From: Patescibacteria group bacterium
Lineage (GTDB): Bacteria > Patescibacteriota > Patescibacteriia > UBA10025 > JAHIVO01
DNA length: 64,000 bases
Assembly (NCBI GenBank): GCA_049325535.1
Contig: JBMOKY010000001.1
Location: 877,942 to 941,941 of the forward strand
Direction of reading: 5' to 3'
Numbering within the stretch: position 1 is the stretch's first letter; each line of letters opens with the position of its first letter. The notes below the pieces were generated by a model that ran no database searches, was not told where the DNA came from, and saw only the letters and a list, made by a program, of their open reading frames with translations. This document shows positions 1 to 10,500 of this stretch, in pieces. The position numbers and the translations under genes are program-made.

Positions 1-283
1 TGACCCCGTGACTGTCCTGGGAGGTGATATGGCTGCCATTGATGCCGACAAACACATGCTCAACGGGAACGCCAGTCATCCGCTCTACCTGCTCCAGCGC
101 GCTGGAAATGGAAGACACCGCATCTTCGATGCTGGTGATCGTGCCCTTGCTGACACCTTCCGCCGGGGTTTCCACCGCGCCTAATACATGCATTTTGCGG
201 TCTGCAGGGTTCATTTGTCCGACCACGATGCGAATCGCGGTCGATCCGACATCAAGTCCGGTAATAATATCTTCTCGTGCCAT
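1..283 (-). CDS. ftsA: Cell division protein FtsA, N-terminal part (gene continues beyond window start)
   Basis: Reverse-complement of 1-283 translates from ATG (cat at 281-283) as MAREDIITGLDVGSTAIRIVVGQMNPADRKMHVLGAVETPAEG..., the typical actin-like FtsA N-terminus (GLDVGS phosphate-1 motif). No stop before position 1. Confidence 0.65.
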   Translation of the reverse strand, partial: MAREDIITGLDVGSTAIRIVVGQMNPADRKMHVLGAVETPAEGVSKGTITSIEDAVSSISSALEQVERMTGVPVEHVFVGINGSHITSQDSHGV

Positions 284-389
284 AGGTGATAGGTATATGT
301 ATAGTCTATAGTATACCGAAAAAAGTCACAATATGCAAAATCCCCAGCTTGAACAAATTTTGTGTTTACTCCCCTGCCGATGAAAACAC

Positions 390-761
390 CTACCAGCGCG
401 CCCAAAAATAGGGGGCGAAAATGAGTATTCCCACGACAACTGCGCCGATTGACGTCACCAGCACCGCTGCCGCCATCACATCCTTTATGACTTCCGCATA
501 ATAGTGGATCCGCGGCCGTAAAATATCCACCATTTTTTCGAATATCGTATTGATCAGCTCCAATACCAGCACCAACATCATCACTAATATCAGGATGATG
601 GCCTGCCACAGTGCTACCTGGACATACACCATCAGAATAATGACCAGGAGGCTGGCGAGTAGATGCAAACGAATATTCTGCTCATTCCGTACTACGTACC
701 AAAATCCGCGAAAAGCAAAGCGGAAACTTTTTACTAACTTACGGATGTCCAGCGTTGGCAT
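390..761 (-). CDS. dgkA: Diacylglycerol/undecaprenol kinase (DgkA family) small integral membrane protein
   Basis: 123-aa ORF with three hydrophobic helices, the typical size and topology for prokaryotic DgkA. It sits directly downstream of ybeY, the conserved ybeY-dgkA arrangement. Confidence 0.7.
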   Translation of the reverse strand: MPTLDIRKLVKSFRFAFRGFWYVVRNEQNIRLHLLASLLVIILMVYVQVALWQAIILILVMMLVLVLELINTIFEKMVDILRPRIHYYAEVIKDVMAAAVLVTSIGAVVVGILIFAPYFWARW

Positions 762-764
762 AGA

Positions 765-1202
765 TTACCGATGTTCAAATGATGAAATAATTTTTTGTTC
801 AAGCGATTGCATCCGGCGTTGATCGGCGGGACGATGATGGTCGTACCCAATCAGATGAAGGAATCCATGGGCGAGCAGCCAAACCAGCTCTCGTCGGATG
901 GATACCCCCTGTATGGCCGCCTGACGACGGGCGTAGGGGTAGGCAATAATGATTTCCCCGACATATCCCGGTTCGAGTGATACACCCCGACTATCCCGCT
1001 CAGCAAATGAAAGAACATCGGTCACCGACGGCCGATGGCGGTAGCGGGTGTTCAATTTTTTCATTTCCCGATTATCCACAAAAGCAACCGACACCACGGC
1101 GTGGTCATACCGAGGCAGGTGCTGCCCAATCACCCGAAACAACTTTTGAATAAACGATGTCTGTATGCGAAATGGACTTGCCTGAATGACCTGTACCTGC
1201 AT
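765..1202 (-). CDS. ybeY: Endoribonuclease YbeY (rRNA maturation factor, metal-dependent)
   Basis: 145-aa ORF with the HGFLHLIGYDH (H-x3-H-x5-H) zinc-binding signature of the YbeY/UPF0054 family. Its start overlaps the stop of the upstream gene at 1202. Confidence 0.85.
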   Translation of the reverse strand: MQVQVIQASPFRIQTSFIQKLFRVIGQHLPRYDHAVVSVAFVDNREMKKLNTRYRHRPSVTDVLSFAERDSRGVSLEPGYVGEIIIAYPYARRQAAIQGVSIRRELVWLLAHGFLHLIGYDHHRPADQRRMQSLEQKIISSFEHR

Positions 1203-2293
1203 TACAGCCGATTGCTATTAGTATTCGTATTGCCAGTGTTTGTGTTAGTCCTGTTTGTATTGCTATTTGAATTCGTATTGGTTACTGCGTTGACATTGGC
1301 ATTGGTGGCGGTATTCGTATTGGACGAGGGGGTGGTTGCCGTGAGACTCTGGTACATCATGCTAAATGTGGTCAAATAATTTGCATCGCTCAGAATATTT
1401 GCCTTATAGCTCACCACATACACGTATGCCCCGAGGGTAAAATATACTGAGGTTCCATCCAGACTCTTCACCCCTTGGAGGGTATGATTCCAATTACTTA
1501 CGTTTTGCACCGCGGAAATATTCACTCCAGGAGATTTTGACAAATACCAATCCCGTGCCGACAGCAAAGCGGGATTATCCTGCACGCTGATCGATATAAA
1601 TTCCCCACTCGTGGAAAAAAGTTCACCGCGGGTATTCTGGGGATCTGCCGAAACGATCCATGACCGCGGATACAGTATGGTATACCCATTGGCCGTACTC
1701 GTATGGGTCTGAATGCCAGCATTGAGCGCAATTTTTTGTACCGGGGCATTGGGATCATATCCACTCACCACTTCCTGCCCATCCGCAAATCCATCCCCAT
1801 CGGTATCCGCTACGGACAAGCTGGTACCGTACAGCGCCTCCTCAACATTAGTCAAACCATCACTGTCAGAATCCTCACTACTGGTGAGAGTGACGGCATT
1901 CGTATTGGTCGAGGTATTGACATTGAGAAATACGCTGTTGGTACTCGCATTCACATTCAGGGTGGCGTTGGTATTTGTCTGATTTATATTTGTACTCGCA
2001 TTCACATTCAGGGTGGCGTTGGTATTTGTGACGGCGTTGATATTTGAATTTACCGGCTGATCATTGGTCACTACAGTATTGGTAGGGGCTGGTTTGTTTA
2101 ATTGTTTATAGACGACAAATCCACCACCACCGAGCACAGCCACTACTAAAATGAGTATCAATACGAACAAAAGCGGACTTTTCTTGCCGCCGCCGCTTTT
2201 GTCATCCACGTAGAATTTTTCCGGCATCGTATAGATACGCGCGGAACGGACCACGGGGGTTGGTGAAGATACTGGTACATCTGTTTTTACCAT
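1202..2293 (-). CDS. Hypothetical membrane-anchored Asn/Thr-rich surface protein with a thrombospondin-type-3-like Ca-binding repeat (DTDGDGFADGQE)
   Basis: 363-aa ORF with an N-terminal TM helix (LLFVLILILVVAVLGGGGFVVY), Asn/Thr-rich low-complexity segments bearing many N-x-T/S sequons, and one DxDxDG acidic Ca-binding loop. No recognisable enzyme motifs. Confidence 0.6.
   Translation of the reverse strand: MVKTDVPVSSPTPVVRSARIYTMPEKFYVDDKSGGGKKSPLLFVLILILVVAVLGGGGFVVYKQLNKPAPTNTVVTNDQPVNSNINAVTNTNATLNVNASTNINQTNTNATLNVNASTNSVFLNVNTSTNTNAVTLTSSEDSDSDGLTNVEEALYGTSLSVADTDGDGFADGQEVVSGYDPNAPVQKIALNAGIQTHTSTANGYTILYPRSWIVSADPQNTRGELFSTSGEFISISVQDNPALLSARDWYLSKSPGVNISAVQNVSNWNHTLQGVKSLDGTSVYFTLGAYVYVVSYKANILSDANYLTTFSMMYQSLTATTPSSNTNTATNANVNAVTNTNSNSNTNRTNTNTGNTNTNSNRL
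1941..2030. repeat. Tandem in-frame 51-nt duplication inside the 1202..2293 gene (peptide TNATLNVNASTN repeated)
   Basis: The 38-nt string gtactcgcattcacattcagggtggcgttggtatttgt occurs at 1941-1978 and again at 1992-2029, a 51-nt period. In translation it is NATLNVNASTN...NATLNVNASTN. Confidence 0.8.
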
Positions 2294-2306
2294 GGGACGA
2301 TATCCA

Positions 2307-2960
2307 TTAACTCTTATTCAATTCCTCGATGGCGGCATTGAGGTCGCGCAATAAACCGTCGCCATTTGGATTATAGCCGTATTTTACCTCAGTACCGTCA
2401 TTATTGCCATCGCCATCAGTATCGGGGTTGCGCGGATTCGTCCCATATATTTCTACCTCATCAAAATCCGGCAATCCATCTCGATCGGTATCCGCCTGTT
2501 GCGAATCAGTGCCAATCCGCTCTTCCTCATCGTCGCTGATACCATCACCATCGGTATCGATTATCGAGACGGTCACTACCGGAATATCAATACCACTGCC
2601 ACTATCAGCCGTAGTCGCCGACTGTCCTGGTTGGACGACCTGGTTCTCATTTGCTGATGGCGCGGGTGTAGCCAACGGATTCACGATACCAAAGGGTCCC
2701 AGTGCTAAGACGACAGCAACGATGGCCACAACCACCAGGGGTAACGTCACCAGCATCATCCGCCGGCGTCCGCTCCAGGTATGAACTGCGGTTGGCTTTG
2801 GTACGGCTGGACTTACCCGCGAACGGCTGGCGGGTACGGTACGTACCGGCCGCCGTTTTTGCCGCGCTGTCGGTTGTGCCGGAGCAGCACCAGGCGCATT
2901 GCTCGAATCAGATTCTGCAAATATATCCTCTACTTGGTTTGATGCGCCTGGTTTTGGCAT
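2307..2960 (-). CDS. Hypothetical membrane protein with three thrombospondin-type-3-like Ca-binding repeats
   Basis: 217-aa ORF with an Arg/Pro-rich N-terminus, one TM helix (MLVTLPLVVVAIVAVVLALG), then DTDGDGISDDEE, DTDRDGLPDFDE and DTDGDGNNDGTE, a DxDxDGxxDxxE pattern. It is paralogous in repeat type to the 1202..2293 gene. Confidence 0.6.
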   Translation of the reverse strand: MPKPGASNQVEDIFAESDSSNAPGAAPAQPTARQKRRPVRTVPASRSRVSPAVPKPTAVHTWSGRRRMMLVTLPLVVVAIVAVVLALGPFGIVNPLATPAPSANENQVVQPGQSATTADSGSGIDIPVVTVSIIDTDGDGISDDEEERIGTDSQQADTDRDGLPDFDEVEIYGTNPRNPDTDGDGNNDGTEVKYGYNPNGDGLLRDLNAAIEELNKS

Positions 2961-2978
2961 GAATATCCTCAGTGATGC

Positions 2979-4487
2979 CTAGATCTGTGGATTAGTAGGC
3001 TGGGTTGTCGCATTGGTACTGACGCAGTTCGTAGTGCTGGTGGATACGATGATCCCCAATTGCGAGCTCGGGGTAGCATTACCATCAGCGTCATAAGCCA
3101 TAGCGTAAATACTCCGCGGATCGGTATTGGTGGTGGTAGTACAATTTCCATTGGTCGTCGTCGATGTCGCCGCGTGCGCCACAGGTATGAATGTAAACCA
3201 AGGGCGCTCTGATTCCTGAGCAATCATCTGGTAGGGATCATAGGCAAAAGCGATAGCGCCTGCCAAAACCGGCACGGCAATATTGACGCTGGTACCAGAA
3301 GTAGTTACCTGACCGATGGGCCCACCGCCATTACTACTATACACCCGGACCTCGGTAACTGATATGTCATCCTGGGCCGATACGATGGCACTGAAGGTGG
3401 TTGAAGCGGAAAATGTAGTACCTGCCGCAGGACTGGTGATGGCCACGCTAAATGGGGCGGTCGTCGTGCGATTGACGATGACGGGCCGCACTGCCGTAGC
3501 CGACAGGGACACGCCATTGAACGCGCGTATGGTCAAGGTATGACTGCCATTTGACACGCCGGCCAGATCAAAAATCCAGTTATAAAACGTCGAACCGGCT
3601 GGTGAATCAAAATACTGCGTGTCCCGGGGAGCTGTCTCACTGTCCAGGAAAAATTCTACCCGGTCAATTCCTGATTCCGGATCTGTTGCTTCGGCAACCA
3701 CCTGGAACGTAGCGGTATTCAGTTCATCATTGTCATTATTGGGATACACGAAAGCGATGGAGGGTACAGTTGTATCACCGCAATCAGAATCGTTTGCAGA
3801 GGTGCAAGATGACGGGCAATAATCATCATTGTTCAGACACTGAGTGATGACGGTATTGGTACAAATAGCCGGGCATGTGGTCGTGGAGCAGGTGTCACTC
3901 GTACTGGGATCATTGTCATTGCATTCACTATTACTGGTACAGGTATTGGCAGCGCACGACCCGCTGCAGCAGCGTTCGCCTGCGGTCGTACAATCTGTAT
4001 CGACTGCGCAAGCACCGACACCGATGGCCAGCCGGACGACACCCGCAATGGTCACGGTGTTATTCAGCCGGTCGGTCAGCACGACATCGATCGGATATAA
4101 ACCATCAGCTTTATTACCAGCGTTCCAGGTATTTGAAAATACACCGTCGCTGGCCGCGCCATCGCCATGGATACCATCATCATAGAGGGTGACCTGCCCT
4201 GCTGCCTGAGTACTGCCCGGATTCTGAATGGTTACCGTCACGCTGCCGATTCCCGACACATCATAGGCTTCGACGGAGATGCGCACCGTCTCATTTTGCA
4301 CGATCTGTGCTGGATTCAGCGTCACCCCACTTCCGGTCAGCACGGGATTTGGATTTGTGGATACCTCAATGCTCGGCGTGGTTTGACCGTGCAACACTTC
4401 GGGATTGGCCAGCACAAACGCTGCGCCACCCAGCACCACCACCGAAAGGACCAAAATTAGTAATCTAAATTTGTACATATGATTCAT
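2979..4487 (-). CDS. Secreted Cys-rich surface protein with Ig-like (Big-type) domains
   Basis: 502-aa ORF with an N-terminal signal peptide (MNHMYKFRLLILVLSVVVLGGAAFVLA) and a central block of 21 Cys (CAVDTDCTTAGERCCSGSCAANTCTSNSECND...). Flanking segments have beta-rich Ig-like composition. Confidence 0.6.
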   Translation of the reverse strand: MNHMYKFRLLILVLSVVVLGGAAFVLANPEVLHGQTTPSIEVSTNPNPVLTGSGVTLNPAQIVQNETVRISVEAYDVSGIGSVTVTIQNPGSTQAAGQVTLYDDGIHGDGAASDGVFSNTWNAGNKADGLYPIDVVLTDRLNNTVTIAGVVRLAIGVGACAVDTDCTTAGERCCSGSCAANTCTSNSECNDNDPSTSDTCSTTTCPAICTNTVITQCLNNDDYCPSSCTSANDSDCGDTTVPSIAFVYPNNDNDELNTATFQVVAEATDPESGIDRVEFFLDSETAPRDTQYFDSPAGSTFYNWIFDLAGVSNGSHTLTIRAFNGVSLSATAVRPVIVNRTTTAPFSVAITSPAAGTTFSASTTFSAIVSAQDDISVTEVRVYSSNGGGPIGQVTTSGTSVNIAVPVLAGAIAFAYDPYQMIAQESERPWFTFIPVAHAATSTTTNGNCTTTTNTDPRSIYAMAYDADGNATPSSQLGIIVSTSTTNCVSTNATTQPTNPQI

Positions 4488-4552
4488 TCCTTAATAAGGA
4501 TAATATATTAGTTGATAGTTTCATTATAGTCGTATTCAGCGGCTGCGTAAAC

Positions 4553-7500
4553 TTATACCCCGCCACTGCAAGTACAATTGATCCGCGCTTCGCAGGCTGC
4601 TGCCGCACCATCATGGGTCGAGCAGTCATACGGCCGACAGCGGGCAGGCAGCGGAGTTGATTGCCAGACGCACTGATTAGCGGTACAAGTCGTCGAATTG
4701 GTGTACGATGAACAGTTGCCCGGACCATTATAGAAACATACCGGGCAGGTCGATGGATTACTGATAGTTACAGTCAGCGTCTGTGATGTCGTACCGGATG
4801 CATTGGTTGCGGAAATGACGATAGAAAACGTTCCTGTTCCGGTCGGCGTGCCTGACAGCACATTATTGGTCCGCGTCATCCAGGCAGGCATGCCCGTGGC
4901 ATTATACGAAGTCGGTGAATTTGTGGCCGTTATTGTATAGGAAAACGCCGTACCCACTGTGCCCGTGCGCGACAATGTACTGGTGATCACCGGCACCGCC
5001 CCGGGTGCACCACCCCCGCCGCACGCGCCCGTAGAGCCGACGATATTTTCAAATTGGCTGACATACCCGTCATTGCTCTCCGCCTCGATATCGACATAAT
5101 AGCTCCGCTCCGGTCCGCTGGACGGAGATGTCCATGAACCCTGATATGACACTGCTCCGGTGGCAGTCAGCGGCACCCGATCGATTTCCACCTCATCGGG
5201 ATACTGAATCACCGCTTCCACCCGAGCAATGCCGGTGGCACTAACGACGTCGGCCAGAATACAAAATGCCGTACCGGGTAGACCCGTCTCCGGATCGACC
5301 ACGCCATTGCTGATCGACGGTCCTCCGGGACCCCGGACATTGACCCGGATCTCGATACTGGGGCTGCGGTTTCCCACCGCATCGAGGGCATCCACCTGGA
5401 TACGGTGCCATCCATCAGATAATAGATTGGTATCTAATTGCCACTCCCAATATTCCGGAGGTGACGGCTCGCCTACCCAATCAATGCCGCGCTGCAAATA
5501 ATCCACATAGAAATTTACCCTGCTCACGGCGTTATTATCAACTGCGTCAACTCGGATAGTAAGTAATCCATCAACCGAGGTACCCGTAGCCGGCGTCGGG
5601 GGCACAAACGTGACGGTTGGCGGGGTGATGTCATTTTCCAGATTATCGACATTCACGGTCACCACCGATGACGCGGTATTGTTTCCCCAATCATCATACG
5701 CGTACGCCTGCAGCAGATGGTCGCCATTCGGGTAAATCTTGGTATTCCAGTCAAAACTGTACTCATCTGGATTGCCGGTCGGGCCGGCTCCACCGCGATA
5801 CTGCGAATCAATATATACATCCACGCGGGCGATCCCGACATTGTCCGTAGCGCTGATGATAATGGGGGTAGCATCGGCCACTGACGGCGGGCTGGCAGGC
5901 GGAGCGATGATGCTTACAGCCGGATCCACCAAATCGGGATTGCTGACATTAATACGTGCCGTCGCAGCGGCCAACCGAGCGCCATCATCGGCAACGGCGC
6001 GGATGCACACTGTTTCATTTGGTGCGGCTGTCGAATCCCAATTAAACGTATGTGACGCCTGGTTTTGCACGCCGGGAAATGCCATACTGTCATGACCGTA
6101 GTTCGGACTCCCCCCGCCTGTTGAGCAACTCGAGTTCAAAATATCATAATAGATATTAGCGATGTCCACATTATCCGATGCATCAATCTGAATGGATACC
6201 GCGCCGCTAACCGTGGCATTATTCTGCGGAACGATGATCCTGACAAAAGGTGCGGTGGTATCTGCTCCACCGGCGTTATTGATATCGAGCGTATAGGACA
6301 CCTCGGTGCGGTTACCGACGGTATCATAGGCCCTGACGGAAAACGTATGCTGGCCGTCCGGATACGCACCTGTACCGAGACTCCAGCTCCATCCGTCACT
6401 CCCATCGCTGTCGGTCGCCGTGCGGATGCCGTCCATATAGTACTCCACCCGGTCCACCCCACTCGGCACGTCGACCACATCGACGGTCATAGCGCGGGTA
6501 CCGGATATGAGATTGACGCCGGCGACGAGGCTATCGACGGAATTGATGATCGGACCCTGCCGATCAGTGGCTGTACCGGTGATACCGTATTCATAATTCA
6601 GACAGTTTGACGAGGCATTGGGGATGGCGGCATAGGGATCCCCGGCATAATTCACCCAGCTACCCGGACCGAGGTATTCCAGATTGGTAAATAAACTGGC
6701 AGCATCACCCGACGGCGTCACTAAATATTGGTATGAACGTGAACCAGCATAGCAAATATACCGCTTGTTCGTATCATCCCAGCACGTATTGGCATCATAG
6801 TCGCCACTGCAACTATTGAATTTATTTATCGGATCCGTAGGCATCGACCGGTTGAGAGCCGCCCCGAGTGTCTCCTGCCACGAGGGCCAGAGCGACGTGG
6901 ACACATTGGCGACGAAGGTGCCCCCGGCTAAGCGCGGGTATTCCTTCTGAGCTCCTTTGTAATCTATGAGCGATCCGGCGATGTCACTCAGATCAGCCAG
7001 CCGTTTGATGTCCCGCTGGATACGTCCCTTATTTTCACCGGAAATATTGGTATTAAATGACCAGTTCTTCAGCAGGCGATTGTATATCTCTATCGTCTCA
7101 CCTGATGCCTCTTCATTGTATGACATCAGATAAATATTGGCGTAGAGCACTCCCCCGACTAGATTCGTAGCGGCTACATACACCGTGCGGCCGGCGCGGA
7201 CTGCGGGATATCCATCCACCGTCAGTGACTGCGGTTCCGGCGCTGCCGGGCCGAACTGCCGGCGGTACCAGCTAAAGGGTGAAAGTCGGTTTTCATTTTC
7301 CATCACCCGGATGCCAATAGCATCATCGGTCCCGTCGCGCAGGAAGAAAAATTCCCGGATCAGCTCGTCCTCGCCCGGCACTGACGGCGCGCCGTCCTTG
7401 ATGACGATATCAGCTACGGACTTCAGCGCCGGCAATCCATCTTCACGACAGTACCACGTGGAAAAATTGGTGACGGCATCTACATAGGGGTGCGGATCAA

Positions 7501-10500
7501 TGCTCGGATCGGGCCATGGTGCCGTACAGAGAGTACCCAAGACTGGGACACTCTTCGTAAAAGTGCCCAGATCCCCAAACGTGGTACTCGTCCCATCCGC
7601 GGTAATATTGAAATACCCGGTTCCGTCATGGTTATCTGAAGTCAAGAAACAGTCCAATAAATCATCCGCTGGCGAAGGGCAGCCAGGGGTCGGTACTGGC
7701 GTGGTATGAGTCGGAGTAAAAACCTCCGCCGGATCTGTTTCCGTCCAGGTAATCTGTATCGGGCTCGTTCCGCCATTGAGAATATTGTCAAATTGATCAA
7801 GTGGGTAAGCAAAAAGATACAGGTTCGCGCCGGGCAGACCGAAATCACCGGGGAAGCAGCCAGCAAATGAGCAGATAAAAGTAGGCTTCAGTGGCGGATA
7901 CTCATTGATTCCCGGACGATAATCGATGAAATTAACCTCAATATCATCTATCCGGCATACGTCAGCGGCCGGAGCAATAGTCCAGGCGTGCGATGCCCAT
8001 CCGGGCGCCGCGGTCATGGCCACGCCATTATCGCTCTGAATAAGTTCCGTGCGCAACCGCACCTCATAGCTATGGCCATTGGCCAGCATCTCGGTCGAAT
8101 ACACGGTAATGCTGCTCACCTGCTTCCGCACCCGTGCCGGGACAGTCACGTTTGCTGTCGTATCGACTAAAAATACCGATTCATCCGCTCCCGGAGCTGT
8201 GACATCACTGCCGATGACAAAACTGCTGCCAAGCATCTGCTCGGAAAAATTCACGGTAAAGGCGGCATTGCGGCACTGGAGCGGTGATGTAGCGGGCAAC
8301 CACCCGGAGATAGCAGGACGGGCAGTACAGCAGGTGTCGGTACCGCATCCGGTACCGCCGGTGCACTGCGCATCGGCAGTGCAGCCGCAGTACATACCGC
8401 GGGTCGTGCCACTACAGGCACGGATATTCGTGGAACACGTCAATCCAGTACTGGATACCTGCCCCGGATAGCAGCAAGTACGGCAATCCTCCTCGCCTGC
8501 CGGCGGATAGCCGGCACCCAAGGGGACATTCGGATCACGATGGCCAGCCGGATCGATGCAACGATAGTCGCCGCCACTGCTGAGCGGGCCGACGGCGCAG
8601 GTGCCATTATTTGTGGCGTTGGCCGGCAGTTGGCATAGGGTGCCGACCGCTCCCGTACTGCAGTTACCGGCAGCCACGCAGATATTGCCCTGGCAGCATC
8701 CGGTAGAGCACTGGCTGTTGCGCGAGCAGCTGATACTAAATGTCTGGGAATTGGACGGACAATTATTGACCTGAACGCTCACCCCGCCGGTGACCGCACC
8801 ATCAGGTACCTGACTGCGGCTGATGCTCGTATTGGTCCAGGCTTGCGACCGGTCAGTCACCACCTCATCCCAGGTATCATCTCGCCCAGCATGGTAATAC
8901 ACCCGCGTGGTGGCTGGATTGAGCGTAGCCGGAGAAAAATTCTGCCCAGTGATGAGGACCGTGGTCCCTTCGCGCCCGGATGCCGGATCAAGCGGAGGGC
9001 AGATGCCCGGCGCCACGCCGCTCGGCGGCGGTACGCCTCCAGAACAGTTGCCGCTGGCACAGTCGGCGTTATCCTCACAGGCTTGATTGGCATTGGCACC
9101 GCCGACGCAGATGCCCGAACACATATTTGATACGTCGAAATAATACGTGTTGATATCCGTCTGATTGGCGCCGTAGGTAGAATTATCCGAGGTAGTAAAC
9201 CGTGTACACACCCCACCACCAGTACAGCTAGCGCTGTCCGTACAGATTGTACCGTCATTGGTCCCCCCGAGGCACCTTCCGTCTGGGCGGTGCACGTCTA
9301 TCAAATACCGGTTTGGCGCGGGATTGCCCGGTTCGCTCACCGTAATCGAATGATCACTCCACGCATTCACACACTCATACACGCCGGCATTACCACCGAA
9401 GTAGACCGTTCCTAAGGTATTGCCAAAATAGCACCCTTCAATGGTGACAAACGAACCACCGATGCCAGTCTGGGGTGAAATCATCTGGCCGTCTTCATTG
9501 TAATCAGCGATGACGGGAACGCAGCGGTCAGCATAGATGTCACACCGGCTGCCCGTACACTCATTCACCCCGTCCTGATCCGGATCAGCACACCGCGTCG
9601 GATTAAACGCGCATGAAGCAGGATCTACTTTCAATCTGCCACGGCCCGACTCACCTTCTGCTGACGCATTGATATACGTCGTACCCAGCGCATTACCCGT
9701 GGCAGTTTCATTTGGTGTCGTGCTGCCCGTGACTGATGCGATGATGGCACTGTCCGACGTCCACGACCACGTATAATCACTGGAGTCCAGCAGCGCGCAA
9801 TTTGGACCAATTGCGAGCGCGGAATACGCTTCGGTGTCACCAATATTGTAAATCACCGCATTGCCCGGCATGACCATCACGTCCTCCACCGGACAGGGTC
9901 CGGTATCCGCCTTGGTCTTCACCATCCAGACATAATCAGCATTCATACGCGCACCCGCCGCACTTTCTACCTGGCGACGGATAGTCACCCGATAGTACGT
10001 ATCCGGCTCGAGATCAATCGGCACGCCCGCAGCCACCCGCCGGGTAACAAACCAGTCCACCGGCGCGCCAGTCCACATATTATGTGGTTCGGCAACCGGG
10101 GCGGCACAGGTCGGATCAGATCCACAGCTATCGAGAAGAATATTCAGGGTACTGATGGTGGCGGGATTCATCAACATATTAAAGCGCGCACCAAACGCGG
10201 CATTGACACAGACGTCAGTGGCGCCTTTATACGGATTTGGTGAAGCCATGCTGATTTGACAAACGCCACCCAAGCCGCACTGGTCATCGTTATTACATAA
10301 ACTACCGGGAGTAGGACCCCCGACGCAGGTCGCGGCGCAACTGGGATTTTCCACTACGCGGGGAATATCACCGCACGGCACGGAAAATCCTTTTTCATTG
10401 CTGCCGACACCACCGGCGTCTTGCACATTGACGGTATAGCTGCCATTGGCGAGATTCGGCACACGCGCCGTGACTAATCCCTCGGTCCACGGTGGCAAAA

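Noticed and set aside
211-609. 132-aa ORF on the minus strand overlapping dgkA and the ftsA start
   Set aside because: It overlaps two well-supported genes in other frames and has no motif or family resemblance. It is a typical spurious high-GC frame.
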